Positions 13,222-28,300 of a DNA stretch of 64,000 nt are shown here, piece by piece. The DNA lies in the NCBI GenBank assembly GCA_964016885.1, contig OZ024757.1, forward strand, positions 13,206,001 to 13,270,000, in the 5' to 3' direction. The notes under the pieces are model-generated. The model saw only the letters and a list, made by a program, of their open reading frames with translations. It had not been told where the DNA came from and ran no database searches. Every line of letters starts with the position of its first letter. The stretch's first letter is position 1. A program made the position numbers and the translations under genes. The DNA is from Eledone cirrhosa (lineage: Eukaryota).

Positions 13222-16200
13222 AGACTAAGACTTAAACCCCAACCCCAAGCTTTAGAATTAGACGTAATCCCCAACTTTAAACAATAAACACAAGCCTTAG
13301 TCTTAAACCACAACCCCGAACCTTAGACGTAAACTTAAACCCCAACCCCTTAACTTAGACTTAGACTTAAACCCTAACTCCAAGTCTTAGACTGAAACCC
13401 TAACACCAACACCAAGCCTTAGACTAAGACTTAAACCCCAATCCAAAGCCTTAGACATAGATTAAACACCAACCCCAAGCCGCAGACTTAGACTTAAACC
13501 CCAACACTTAGACTTAGACTAAACCCCACGCCCTAGCCTTAGACGTAAACTTAAACTTAGACTTAGACTTAAACCCCAAACTTAAGCCTTAGGCGTAGAA
13601 TTAAACCACAACCCAAAGCTCACACTTAAACACCAACCCCAAGCCTTAGATTTTGACTTAAACCACAACTCCAAGCCTTAGACTTAGACCTTAACCCCAA
13701 GACTTAGACTTAAAATCTAACCTTAGGCTTAGACTAAAACCCAACCCCACGCTTTAGACTTACACGTAATCCCCAACTACAAGCCATAGATTAAACCATA
13801 AACACAAGCCTTACTCTTAAACCCAAACGCCAAGCCTTTGACTTAGACTTAAACCACAACCCCTAGTCTTAGGCGTTAACTTAAACCCCAACCCCAAAAC
13901 TTAGACTTAGACTTAGACTTAAATTCTAACCACAAGTCTTAGACTTAGACTTAAACCCTAACCCCAAGCCTTAGACTTAAAGCCTAACCCCAACCCCAAG
14001 CCTTAGACTTAGGCTTAAAACCCAATCCAAAGCCTTAGACTTAGACTTAAACACCAACCCCAAGCCGCAGGCTTAGACTTAAACCCCTACCCCTAACCTT
14101 AGACGTAAACTTAAACTTAGACTTAGACTTTAACCACAGCTCCAAGAATTAGACTTAAACCCTAACCCCAAGTCTTAGGCTTAAACTCTAAACTTAGACT
14201 TAGACTTAAACCCCAAATCCAAGCCTTAGTCTTAGACTTGAACACCACCCACTAGCATTAGACTTAGACTTAAACCCCAACTCCAAGGCTAAGAATGAAA
14301 TCATAACCACAAGCCGTAGACTTAAACCCAACACCAAGCTTCAGAGTTAGACTTAAACCCCAACCCCAAACCTTAGATATAGATTTAAACCCCAACCCTA
14401 AGCCTTAGACTTAGACTTAAACCCAAACGACAAGACTTAGACTTAGACTTAAACCCAATCCCAAAGGCTTAGAGTTAAACTTAAACTCCAACCACAAGTC
14501 TTAGACTTAGACTTAAAACCCAACCCGAAGCCTTAGACTTAGACTTAATCCCCAACATTAAGCTTTAGACAGAGACTTAAACCCCACGCCTTATCAATAG
14601 ATTTAAACCCCAACCACAAGCCCTAGACTTAGAGTTAAACCCCAACCCCAAGCTATAGACTTAGACTTGAACCCCAACCACAGGCATAAGACTTAGACTT
14701 GAACTCCAACCCCAAGCGTTAGACTTAGACTTAAACCCCAAATACCCATCCTTAGATTTAAATCCTAACCCTTAGATTTAATCCACAACCACAAGACTTA
14801 GACTTAGACTTAAACCCGAACCTCAAGCCTCAGACTTAGACTTAGACGTAAACCCAACCTGAAGTCTTAGGCGTAGATTTAAACCCCAACCTAAAGCTTA
14901 CACTTAAACTCCAACCTCAAGCCTTAGACATAGACTTAAACCACAACTCCAAGCCTTAGACTTAAAATCTAACCTTAGACTTAGACTTAAATCCCAACCC
15001 CAAGACTTAGACTTAGACTTAAACCCAAGCCCCAAGCCTTAGACATATACTTAAACCCGAACTCCAAGCCTTAGAATTAAACCCTAACCCCAAGCCTTAG
15101 ACTTAAATCCTAAACCAACCCTTAGACTTAGATTTAAACCACAAATCTAAGCCTTAGAGTTAGACTTAAACCCCAACCACAAGACTTAGACTTATTTAAA
15201 CCCGAACCCCAAGCCTTAGACTTAAACCCCAACCATTAGCCTTAGATTTAGACTTAAACCAGAACCCCAATTCTTAGTCTTAGACTTAAACCCCACCCAC
15301 TAGTATTAGACAGATATAAACCCCAACTCCAAGCCTTAAAATTAAACCATAACCATAAGCCGTAGACTTAAACCCAACACCAAACCTTAGAGTTAGACTT
15401 CAACCCCAACCCCAACCCTTAGACATAGATTTAGACTTAAACCCAAACCATAAGCCTTAGACTTAGAATTAACCGCCAACTCCAAGCCCTAGAATTAAAC
15501 CATTACCACAAGCCGTAGACTTAAACGCCAACCCAAAGCCTTAGATTTAGAATCCATACCCAACCTCAAGCCTTAGACTTAGACTTAAATACAAACCCAA
15601 AGATTTAGAATTAAACTTAAACCCCAACCCCAAGACTTAGACTTAGACTTAAACCCCAACACGCATCCTTAGACTTAAATCCTAACAACAACGCTTAGAC
15701 TTAGACTTAAACCACAAACCCAAGCTTTACAGTTAGACTTAAACATCAACCACAAGTCTGAGACTTAGATTTAAACTCGAACCACAAGCCTTAGACTTAA
15801 ACCCCAACCACAAGCCTTAGACTTAGACTTAAACAAGAACCCCAAGTCTTAGACTTAGACTTAAACCCCAACTCCAATTCTTAGTCTTAGATTCAAACCC
15901 CACCACTAGCATTAGACTTAGACATAAACCCCAACCCCCAAGCCTGAGGATTAAACCATAACCACAAGACGTAGACTTAAACCCAACACCAAGCCTTAGA
16001 TTTAGACTTAAACCCCAACCCAAACCCTTAAACATAGACTTAAACCCCAACCCCAAGCCTTAAACATAGACTTAAACCCCAACCCGAAAACATAGACTTA
16101 GACTTAAACCTCAACCACTAGCATTAGCCTTAGACTGAAAGCCAACACCAAGCCTTAGACTTAATCCGTAATCCCAAGCCTTACACTTAAACACAAAATC

Positions 16201-16335
16201 ATAGCCTTAGACATAGACTTAAATCCCAACACCAAGCCTTAGTCATAGACTTAAACCTCAACCACAAGCCTCACACTTAGACTTAAACCGCAACCCCAAG
16301 CCTTAGACTAAGATTTAAACACTAACCCCAAGCCT
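13222..16335 (+). repeat. Near-identical copy of 1-3114 (offset 13221 bp)
   Basis: Base 1 AGACTAAGACTTAAACCCC recurs at 13222. Identical 75-aa ORFs lie at 2608-2835 and 15829-16056. Identity ends at 3114/16335. One substitution noticed (867 A vs 14088 T). Confidence 0.93.
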
Positions 16336-19300
16336 CAGACTTAGACTTAAAGCCGAACACGAAGTCTTAAAATTAGACTTAAACCCGAAATCCAAGCCTT
16401 AGACTTAGATTTAAACCCAAATCCCAAGCCTTAGACTTAGACTTAACCCCGAACCCCAAGCCTTAGACTTAAAGGCCAACCCCAAGCCTTAGACTTAGAC
16501 TTAAACCCCAAACCCAAGCCTTAGGCTTAGACATAAACTCCCCCCTCCCAAAGTCTTAGACTTAGACTTAAACCCGAAATTCAAGCCTTAGACTTAAACA
16601 CTAACCGCAAGCCTTAGACTTAAATCGTAACAGGAACCCTTAGACTTAGACTTAAAGGCCAACCCCAAGCCTTAGACTTAGACTTAAACCCCAAACCCAA
16701 GCCTTAGGCTTAGACATAAACTCCCCCTCCCAAAGTCTTAGACTTAGACTTAAACCCCAAATTCAAGCCTTAGACTTAAACACTAACCGCAAGCCTTAGA
16801 CTTAAATCCTAACAGGAACCCTTAGACTTAGACTTAAACCACAAACCCAAGCCTTAGACTTAGACTTAAACCGCAACCCCTACCCTTAGACGTAAAATTA
16901 AATCCCAACTCCAAGACTTAGACTTAAATCCCAACCCCAACACTTAGACATAGACTTAAAACCCAACCCAAAACCATAGCCTTAGATATAGACATAAACC
17001 CCAACTACAAGCCTCACACTTAGACTTAAAGCCGAACACGAAGTCTTCATATTAGACTTAAACCCGAAATCCAAGCCTTAGACTTAGATTTAAACCCCAA
17101 TCCCAAGCCTTAGACGTAGACTTAGACCCCAAACGAAAGCCTTAGAATTAGACTTTAACTTCAACCCCAAGTCTTAGAATTAAGTCCTAACCACAACCCT
17201 TAGACTTAAACCCGAACCCCAACACCAAAACTTAGACTTAGACTTATACCCCAAGCCCAAGCATTAGACTTAGACATAAACCCTAATGCCAAGCATTAGA
17301 TTTATACTTACATCCTAACCCCAAGCCTTAGACTTAGATTTAAATCCTAACTCTATGCCTTAGACTTAGATATAAACCCCAACCACAAGCATTAGACTTA
17401 GATTTAAACCCCAACACACATCCTTAGATTTAAATCCTAACCCTTAGATTTAAACCCAAACCACAAGCCTTAGACTTAAACTCTAACCTTAGACTTAGAC
17501 TTAAACCCCAACCATAAGCCTTAGACTTAGACTTAAACCACAACCCCAAGCATTAGACTTAAACCCCAACCCCAAACCTTAGACTTAGACTTGAACCCCC
17601 CCACTAGCATTATAATTAGACTTAAAACCCAAACCCAAGCCTTAGAATTAGACTTAAACCCGTAACCCAAATCCCAACCACAAGCCTTAGACTTAAACCC
17701 AAACCTTAAGCCTCAACTTAGACTTAAACCACAAGTCATAGACATAGATTTAAACCCCAAACCCTAGCCTTAGACGTAAACTTAAACTTAGACTTAGACT
17801 TAAAACCCAACCCAAAGCTTACACTTAAACCCCAACCCCAAGCCTTAGACTTAAACCCTAACCCCAAGATTAGATTTAAACTCTAACCCTAGACTTAAAC
17901 CCCAACCATAAGCCTTAGACTTAGACTTACACCCAACCCACAAGACTTAGATTTAGACTTAAATCCGAAATCCAAGCCTTAGATTTAGACTTAAAATCCA
18001 ACCACAAAACTTAGACTTAGACTTAAACCCAAATACAAAGCCTTAGAATTAAACTTAAACCCGAATCCCAAGCCTTAGACTTAGACTTAATCCCCAAGCT
18101 GAAGACTTAGACTTAATCCCCAACATTAAGCTTTAGACTTAGACTTAAACCCCAAGCCTTAGACATAGATTTAAACCACAAGCACAAGCCTTAGACTTAT
18201 ACTTAAATCCCAAGCCCAACCTTAGAGTTAGACTTGAAGCCCAATCACAAGCGTTAGACTTAGACTTGAACCCCAACCACAAGCATAAGACTTACACTTA
18301 AACCCCAACACCAAAACTTAGACTTAGACTTAAACCCCAACCCCAGGCCTTAGACTTAAATTTAAACCTCAACACAAAGACTTATACTTAGACTTAAAGC
18401 CCAACTCCAAGCCTTAGACATAGACTTAAACCCCAACCACAAGCCTTAGACTTAGACTTAAACCATAACGCCAAGCCTTAGACTTAGACTTAAACCCACC
18501 ACCTAGTATTAGACTTAGACATAAACCCCAACTCCAAGCCTTAACATTAAACGATAACCGCAAGCCGTAGACTTAAACCCAACACCAAGCCTTAGAGTTA
18601 GATTTAATCGCCAACCCCAACCCCAAAGCATAGACTTAAACCCCAACCTTAAGCCTTAGACTTAGACTTAAACCCCAACACCAAGCCTTAGATTTAGATT
18701 TAAACACGAACCCCAAAACATAGATTTAGACTTAAACCTCAACCATTAGCATTAGACTTAGACTTAAAGCCAACACCAAGCCTTAGACTTGAAGCGTAAC
18801 CCCAAGCCTTAGACTTAAACCCCAACCCCAAGACTTAGACTTGGACTTAAACCACAAAATATAGCCTTAGACATAGACTTAAATCCCAACACCCAGCCTT
18901 ATACATAGACTTAAACCCCAATCACAAGCTTACACTTAGACTTAAACACCAACCCCAAGCCTCAGACTTAACGCCGAACATTAAGCCTTAAAATTAGACT
19001 TAAACCCGAAATCCAAGCCTTAAATTTAAATTTAAATCCCTATACCAAGCCTTAGACTTAGACATAAACCCCAAATCCAATCCTTAGACTTAAACCCTAA
19101 CCACAAGCCTTAGACATAAATCCTAACACCAACCCTTAGACTTGGTCCTAAACTACAAACCCAAGCCTTAGACTTAGACTTAAACCCTGAACCCTACACT
19201 AAGACGTAAAATTAAACCCCAACTCCAAGACTTAGACTTATACCCCAACCTCAAGCCTTAGACGTAGACTTCAACCCCAACCAAAAGCCTTAGACTTAGA

Positions 19301-22300
19301 CTTAAACTCCAACCCCAAGTGTTAGAATTAAATCCGAACCACAACCCTTAGATTTAAACCCGAACCCCAACATTAGATTTAGACTTAAACCCCAACCCCA
19401 AGACTTAGACTTAGACTTAAACCTCAGCCCCAAGCCTTAGACATATATATGAACCACAAGCCCAAGCGTTAGACTTAAACGCCAACTCCAAGCTTTAGAA
19501 TTAAACCCTAACCCTAAGACTTAGATTTAAACCCGAATCCCAAGGCTTAGACTTAGACTTAAACCCCAATTCTTAGTTTTAGACTTAAACCCCACCACTA
19601 GCATTAGACTTAGACATAAACCCCAACTCCAAGCCTTAGAATTAAACCATAAACACAAGCCGTAGACTTAAATCCAACACCAACCTTAGACGTAGACTTA
19701 AACCCCAACCCCAACACTTAGACATAGATTTAAACCACAACCCTAAGCCTTAGACTTAGACTTAAACCCCAACCCCAAAACATAGACTTAGACTTAAACC
19801 TCAACCACTAGCATTAGACTTAGACTTAAAGCCAACACCAAGCCTTAGACTTAAACACTAAACCCAAGCCTTACATTTAAACCCAAAACCATAGCCTTTG
19901 ACATAGTCTTAAATCCTAACACCAAGCCTAAGACATAGACCTAAACCCCAACCACAAGCCTTACACTTAGACTTAAACCCCAAACCCAAGCCTTAGACTT
20001 AGATTTAAACACCAACCTCAAACCTCAGTTTTAGACTTAAAGCCGAACACGAAGTCTTAAAATTAGACTTAAACCCGAAATTCAAGCCTTAGACTTAGAT
20101 TTAAACCCAAATCCCAAGCCTTAGACTTAGACTTAAACCCGAACACCAAGCCTTAGACTTAAAGGCCAACCCCAACCCTTAGACTTAGACTTAAACCCCA
20201 AATCCAAGCCTTAAACTTAAAGCCAAACCGCAAGCATTAGACTTAAATCCTAACACCAACCCTTTGACTTAGACTTAAACCACAAACCCAAGCCTTAGAC
20301 TTAGACTTAAACCGCAACCGCTACCTTTAGACGTAAAATTAAACCCCAACTCCAAGACTTAGACTTAAACCCCAAACTCAAGCCTTAGACGTATATATAA
20401 ACCCCAACCCAAAGCCTTAGACTTTGACTTAAACCCTAACCCTATGCCTGAGACTTAGACATAAACCTCAACCACAAGCATTAGACTTAGCCTTAAACCC
20501 CAACACCCATCCTTAGATTTAAATCCTAACCCTTAGATTTAAACCCCAACCATAAGTCTTAGACATAAACCCCAAACCCAAGCCTTAGACTTAGATTTAA
20601 ACCCCAACCATAAGCCTAAGACTTAGACTTAAAACCCAACCCCAAGCCTTAGACTTAGACTTGAACCCCACCCACTAGCATTTGACTTAGCCTTAAACCC
20701 CAACACCCATCCTTAGATTTAAATCCTAACCCTTAGATTTAAACCCCAACCACAATCTTAGACTTAGACTGAAACCCTAACCTCAAGGTTTAGACTTAAA
20801 CTCTAACCTTAGACTTAGACTTAGACCCCCAACCATAAGTCTTATACATAGACTTAAACCCCAACTCCAAGCCTTAGAATTAAACCATAACCACAAGCCG
20901 TAGACTTAAACCCAACAGCAAGCCTTAGAGTAAGACTTAAACCCAAAACCCAAACCTTAGACATAGATTTAAACGCTAAACCTAAGCCTTAGATTTAGGC
21001 TTAAACCCCAACACCAAGCCTCAGATTTAGACTTAAACCCTAACCCCAAGCCTTAGACTTAAACTCTAACCTTAGACTTAGATTAAACCCCAACCATAAG
21101 CCTTAGACTTAGACTGAAACCCCAACTCCAAGCCTGAGAATTATACCATAACCACAAGCCGTAGACTTAAACACAACATCAAGCTTTAGAGTTAGACGTA
21201 AACCCCAAACCCAACACTTAGACATAGATTTAAACCCTAACCCAAAGCTTTAGACGTATACTTAAACTCAAACCATAAAACTTAGACTTAGACTTAAACC
21301 CGAAACTCAAGCCTTAGACTTAGACGTAAACCCCAACCCCAAACCTTAGACATAGACTTAAACGCCAACCCAAAGTCTTAGATTTATATTTAAAACCCAA
21401 CTACAAGCCGAACACGAAGTCTTAAAATTAGACTTAAACCCGAAATCCAAGTTTTAGACTTAGATTTAAACCCAAATCCCAAGCCTTAAACTTAGACTTA
21501 AACCCGAACCCCAAGCCTTAGACTTAAAGGCCAACCCCAAGCCTTAGACTTAGACTTAAACCCCAAACCCAAGCCTTAGGGTTAGACATAAACGCCCCCT
21601 CCCCCCAAAGCCTTAGACTTAGACTTAAACTCTAAATCCAAGCCTTAGACTTAAACACTAACAGCAAGCCTTAGACTTAAATCCTAACAGCAACCCTTAG
21701 ACTTAGACTTAAACCGCAAGCCCTACCCTTAGATGTAAAATTAAACCCCAACTCCAAGACTTAGACTTAAACCCCAAACTCAAGCCTTAGTCGTAGACTT
21801 AAACCCAACTTAGACTTAAATCCCAACCCCAACACTTAGACATAGACTTAACACCCAACCCCAAAACATAAACTTAGACTTAAACATCAACCACTAGCAT
21901 TAGACTTAGACTTAAAGCCAACACCAAGCCTTAGACTTAAACCGTAACCCCAAGCCTTACACTTAAACCCAAAACCATAGCCTTAGATATAGACTTAAAT
22001 CCCAACACCAAGCCTTAGACATAGATTTAAACCCCAACCACAAGCCTCACACTTAGACTTAAAGCCGAACACGAAGTCTTAATATTAGACTTAAACCCGA
22101 ACTCCAAGCCTTAGACTTAGATTTAAACCCCAATCCCAAGCCTTAGACTTAGACTTAAACTTCAACCCCAAGTCTTAGAATTAAATCCTAACCACAACAC
22201 TTAGACTTAAACCCGAACCCCAACCCCAAACCTTAGACTTAGACTTATACCCCTAGCCCAAGTCTTAGACTTAGACATAAACCCTAATGCCAAGCAATAG

Positions 22301-25300
22301 ATTTATACTTACATCCTAACACCAAGCCTTAGACTTAGATTTAAATCCTTAGCCTATACCTTAGATTTAGACATAAACCCCAACCACAAGGATTAGACTT
22401 AGACTTAAACCCTAACACCCATCCTTAGATTTAAATACTAACCCTTAGATTTAAACCCGAACCCCCAAGCCTTAGACTTAAAGGCCAACCCCAAGCCTTA
22501 GACTTAAAACTTAAACGCCAAACCCAAGCCTTAGGCTTAGACATAAACGCCTCCCAAAGCCTTAGACTTAGACTTAAACCCCAAATCCAAGCCTTAGACT
22601 TAAATACTAACCGCAAGCCTTAGACTTAAATCCTAACAGCAACCCTTAGACTTAGAGTTAAACCACAAACCCAAGCCTTAGACTTAGACTTAAACCGCAA
22701 CCCCTACCCTTAGACGTAAACTTAAATCCCAACCCCAACACTTAGACATAGATTTAAACCTCAACCCTAAGCCTTGTACTTAGACTTAAACCCCAACCCC
22801 AAGCCTTAAACATAGACTTAAACCACAACCCCAAAACATAGACTTAAACCTCAACCACTAGCATTAGACTTAGACTTAAAGCCAATACCAAGCCTTAGAC
22901 TTAAACCGTAAGACCAAGCCTTACACTTAAACCCAAAACCATAGCCTTAGATATAGACTTAAATCCCAACACCAAGCCTTAGACATAGAATTAAACCCCA
23001 ACCACAAGCCTCACACTTAGACTTAAAGCCGAACACGAAGTCTTAATATTAGACTTAAACCCGAAATCCAAGCCTTAGACTTAGATTTAAACCCCAAACC
23101 CAAACCTTAGACGTAGACTTAAACCCCAAACCAAAGCCTTAGACTTAGTCTTAAACTTCAACCCCAAGTCTTAGAATTAAATCCTAACCACAACCCTTAG
23201 ACTTAAACCCGAACCCCAACCCCAAACCTTAGACTTTGACTTATACCCCAAGTCCAAGCCTTAGACTTAGACAAACCCTAATGCCAAGCATTAGATTTAT
23301 ACTTACATCCCAACCCCAAGCCTTAGACTTAGATTTAAATCCTAACCCTATGACTTAGACTTAGACATAAACCCCATCACCCATCCTTAGATTTAAATCC
23401 TAACCCTTAGATTTAAACCCCAACCACAAGCCTTAGACTTAAACTCTAACCTTAGACTTAGACTTAAACCCCAACCATAAGTCTTAGACTTAGACTTAAA
23501 ACCCAACCCCAAGCCTTAGATTTATACATGAACCACACCCACTAGCATTAGACTTAGCCATAAATCCCAATACCAATCCTTAGATTTAAATCATAACCCT
23601 AAGATTTAAACCCCAACAACAAGTCTGAGACTTAGACTTAAACCCCAAACCCAATCCTTAGGGTTAGAATTAAACCCCAATCCCAACCCTTAGACATAGA
23701 TTTAAACCCCAACACTAAGCTTAGACTTAGACTTAAAGTCAACCCACATGACATAGATTTAGACTTAAACCCGAAACCCAAGCCTTAGTCTTAGACTTAA
23801 ACGCCAACCTAAAGCCTTAGATTTAGACTTAAAATCCAACCACAAGACTTAGACTTAGACTTAAACCCAAATACAAAACCTTAGAATTAAACTTAAACCA
23901 GAATCCCAAGCCTTAGACTTAGACTTAATCCCCAACCTTAAGACTTAGACTTAATCCCCAACATTAAGCTTTAGACTTAGACTGAAACCCCAAGCCTTAG
24001 ACATAGATTTAAACCACAACCACAAGCCTTAGACTTATACTTAAACCCCAAGCCCAACTTTAGAGTTAGACTTGAAGCCCAAGCACAAGCGTTAGACTTA
24101 GACTTGAACCCCAACCACAAGCATAAGACTTACACTTAAACCCCAACACCAAAACTTAGACTTAGACTTAAACCCCAACCCCAGGCCTTAGACTTAAATT
24201 TAAACCTCAACACAAAGACTTATACTTAGACTTAAACCCCAACTCCAAGCCTTAGACATAGACTTAAGCCCCAACCCCAAGCTTTAGACTTAGATTTATA
24301 CACCAACCCCAAGCCTTAGACTTAAAATTAAACCCCAACCTCAAGATTAGACTTAGATTTAAACCCCAGCTTCAAGCCTTAGACGTAAACTTAAACCCCA
24401 CCTCCAAAACTTAGACTTAGACTTAAATCCCAACCTCAAGCCTTATACGTAGACACTAACCCCAGACCACCAGAGACTTAGACTTAGAATTAAACTCCAA
24501 CCACAAACATTTGACTTAGACTTAAACCCTAACCCCAAGCCTTAGACTTAGACTTACCCCAACCATAAGCCTTAGACTTAGACTTAAACCCCAAGTCATT
24601 TAAACCCCAACCTCAAGCCTTAGACGTAGACTTAAACCCCAAACTCAAGCCCTAGACTTAGACTTAAACCCCTACCCCAAGCCTAAGACTTAGACGTAAA
24701 CACCAACTCCAAGCCTTAGACATAGGCATAAAGCCCAACTCCAGGCCTTAGACTTAATCCCTAACACCAACCCTTAAATTTAATCCCTAACCCCAAACCA
24801 AAGCCTTAGACTTAGAAGTAAACCCCAACCCCAAGCCTTATGCATAGACTTAAACCACAACACCAAGGCTTAGAATTAAGCCCTAACAACGAGACTTAGT
24901 CTTAAAACCGAACCCTAACCCCAAGCCTTAGCCCAACACGTAAACTTAAACCGCAACCCCAAGCCTTAGATTTAAGCTTAAACTCCAACCCCAAGCCTTA
25001 GACAAGACTTAAACCCCAACCACAAGCATTCGACTTAGACTTAAACCCCAACCACAAGCCTTAGACTTAGACTTAAACCCCAACATTAAGCCTTAGACTT
25101 AGACGAAAACCCAAAGCCATAGACATAGATTTAAACCCCAACACCAAGCCTTAGACTTAGACTTAAACCCCAACATTAAGCCTTAGACTTAGACGAAAAC
25201 CCAAAGCCATAGACATAGATTTAAACCCCAACACCAAGCCTTAGACTTAGACTTAAACCCCAACACCATGCCTTAGATTTAGACTTAAACTCCAACCCTA

Positions 25301-28300
25301 AGCCTTAGACATAGACCTAAACCCCAACCCCAAGCTTTAGACATCGACATAAACCCCAACCACAAGCATTAGACTTAGACTTAAACCCCAACATTAAGCC
25401 TTAGACTTAGACTTAAACCCCAAGCCATAGACATAAATTTAAACCCCAACCCCAAGTCTTAGACTTAGACTTAAACCCCAACACCAAGCCTTAGACATAA
25501 ACCATAACCCCAATCCTTAGACTTAAACCACAACCCCAAGCTTTAGACTTAGGCTCAAACCTCAACTCCAAGCCTTAGAATTAAATCATAAACACAAGGC
25601 TTAGACAAACCCCAACCCCACGCCTTAGACTTATACTTAAACCTCAAGCCATAGACATAGATTTAAACCCCAACCTCAAGCCTTAGACGTAGACTTAAAC
25701 CCCAACATCAAGACTTAGACATAGACTTAAACCCAAACCCAAGACTTAGACTTAGACTTAAACGCAACCCCAAACCTTAGACGTAGACGTAAACCTCAAA
25801 CCAAAGCCTTAGACTTAGACTTAAACCAAGAACACAAGCCTTAGACTTAGATTTAAACCCCAACACCAAGCCTCAGACTGAAACCCTAACCACAAGCCTT
25901 AGACGTAAACCCGAACCCCAAGCCTTAGACTTAAACACAAACCCCCACTTCTTACATTTTGATTTAAACCCAAAACCAAAGCCTTACACATAGACTTAAT
26001 TCCCAAACCCAACACTTAGATTTAAAGTCCAACCCCAAGCTTCAGTCGTAGACTTAAAGCTCTATCCAAATTCTTAGGATTAGACTTAAACCCAAACCGA
26101 AGCTTTAGACTTAAACTTAAACACTAAACCGAAGCCTTAGACTTAGACTTAAACCCCAAAACCAAGCCTTAGACGTAGAATTAAATTTCAACCCAAAGCC
26201 TTAGACGTAAATTTAAACCCCAACTCCAAGACTTAGACTTAGACTTAAACCTCAACCTCAAACCTTAGACATCGACACTAACCCTAAACCAAATCCTTAG
26301 ACTTAGAATTAAACCCTAACCTCAAGCCTTATGCATAGTTTTAAACCACAACACCAAGCCTTAGAATTAAACCCTAACAACAACACTTAGTCTTAAAACC
26401 GAACCCAACCCCAAGAATTAGCCCAATACGTAAACTTAAACCCCAACCCCAAGCCTTAGACATAGACTTAAACCCCAACACCAAGCTTTAGACATCGACA
26501 TAAACCCCAACCACAAGCCTTAGACTTAGACTTGAAACCCCAACCCCAAATCTTAGACTTAGACTTAAACCCCAACCACTAGCCTTAAACGTAAATTTAA
26601 ACCCAAAACCCAAGCCTCTGACTTAGACTTAAACCCAAGCCTTAGGCTTAGACTTAAACCCAAGCCTTAGACTTAGTCTTAAACCCCCAACACCAAGCCT
26701 TAGACATAAATCATAACCCCCAAGCCTTAGACATAAACCCCAACCGCATGCTTTAGACTTAGCCTTAAACCCCAACTCCAAGCCTTAGAATTAAACAATA
26801 ACCACAAGGCTTAGACATAAACCCCAACCCCAAGCCTTAGACTAAGACTTAAACACCAACTCCTAGCCTTAGACTTAAACTTAAAACCCAACCCTAGCCT
26901 TTGACTTAGATTTAAACCCAAGCCTTAGACTTAGACTTAAACCCCAACACCAAGGCTTAGCCATAAATCCTAACCCCAAGCCTTAGACTTAAACCCCAAC
27001 CCTAAGCTTTAGACTTACGCTTAAACCCCAACCCCAAGCCTTAGATTTAAACCCCAAACCCAAGCCTTTGATTTAGACTTAAAACCCAACTCCAGGCCTG
27101 AGATTTAAACCCTAGCCCCAAGTTTAGACTTCGACATAAAACCCAACCACTAGATTTAGACTTAGACTTAAACCCCAACCTTAATCCTTAGACTTAGATT
27201 TAAACCCCAAGCCATAGACATAGATTTAAACCCTAACCCCAAGCCTTAGTACTAGACTTCAACCCCAACTCCAAGCCTTAGACTTAGACTTAAAACCCAA
27301 CCTCTAGCATTAGACTTAGACTTAAACCCCAACTCCAAGCCTCAGAATTAAACCATAACCACAAGCCTTGGACATAAACCCCATCCCCAAGCCTTAGACT
27401 TTGACTTAAATACCAACTCCTAGCCTTAGGTTTAAAATTAAACCCCAACCCCAAATCTTAGACTTAGACTTAAAACTTGACCCCAATCCTTAGACTTAGA
27501 TTTAAATACCAACCCCAGGCCTTAGACTAAGACATAAACCACAACCCAAAGTCTTAGTAATAGACATAATCCCCAACACCAAGCCTTAGACTTAGACTTA
27601 AAACCCAACACCAATCCTTAGACTTAGACTTAAACCCGAACCCCAAGCCTTAGACATAGACTTAATCCTCAACATTATGCTTTAGACTTAGACTTAAACC
27701 CCAAGCCTGAGACATAGATTTAAACCCCAACCACAAGCCTTATAGTTAGACTTACACCCCAACCCTAAGCCTTAGACTTAAAGACCAACCCCAAGCCTAA
27801 GTCGTAGACTTAAACCTCTACCCAAAGCCTTAGAATTAGACTTAAACCCCAAACCGAAGCTTTAGACTTAAACTTAAACCCTAACCCCAAGACTTATACT
27901 TAAACTTAAATCCCAACCCCAAGCCTTAGACTTAGACCTGAACCCCAACCCCAAGCCTTAGACTTAGAATTAAACCCAAACCACTAGCATTAGATTTAGA
28001 CTTAAACTCAAAGCCATAGACACAGATTTAAATCCCAGCTTCAAGCCTTAGACGTAAACTTAAACCCCAACTCCAAGACTTAGACTTAGACTTAAACCCC
28101 AACCTCAAGCCTTAGACGTAGACACTAACACCAAACCAGAGCCTTAGACTTAGAATTAAACCCCAACCACAAGCCTTATACATAGATTTAAACCACAACC
28201 CCAAGCCTTAGAGTTAAACCCTAACAAAAAGCCTTAGACTTAAAACCTAAGCCCAAGCCTTAGACGTACTCTTACACCCCAACCCCAAGCTTTAGACTTC

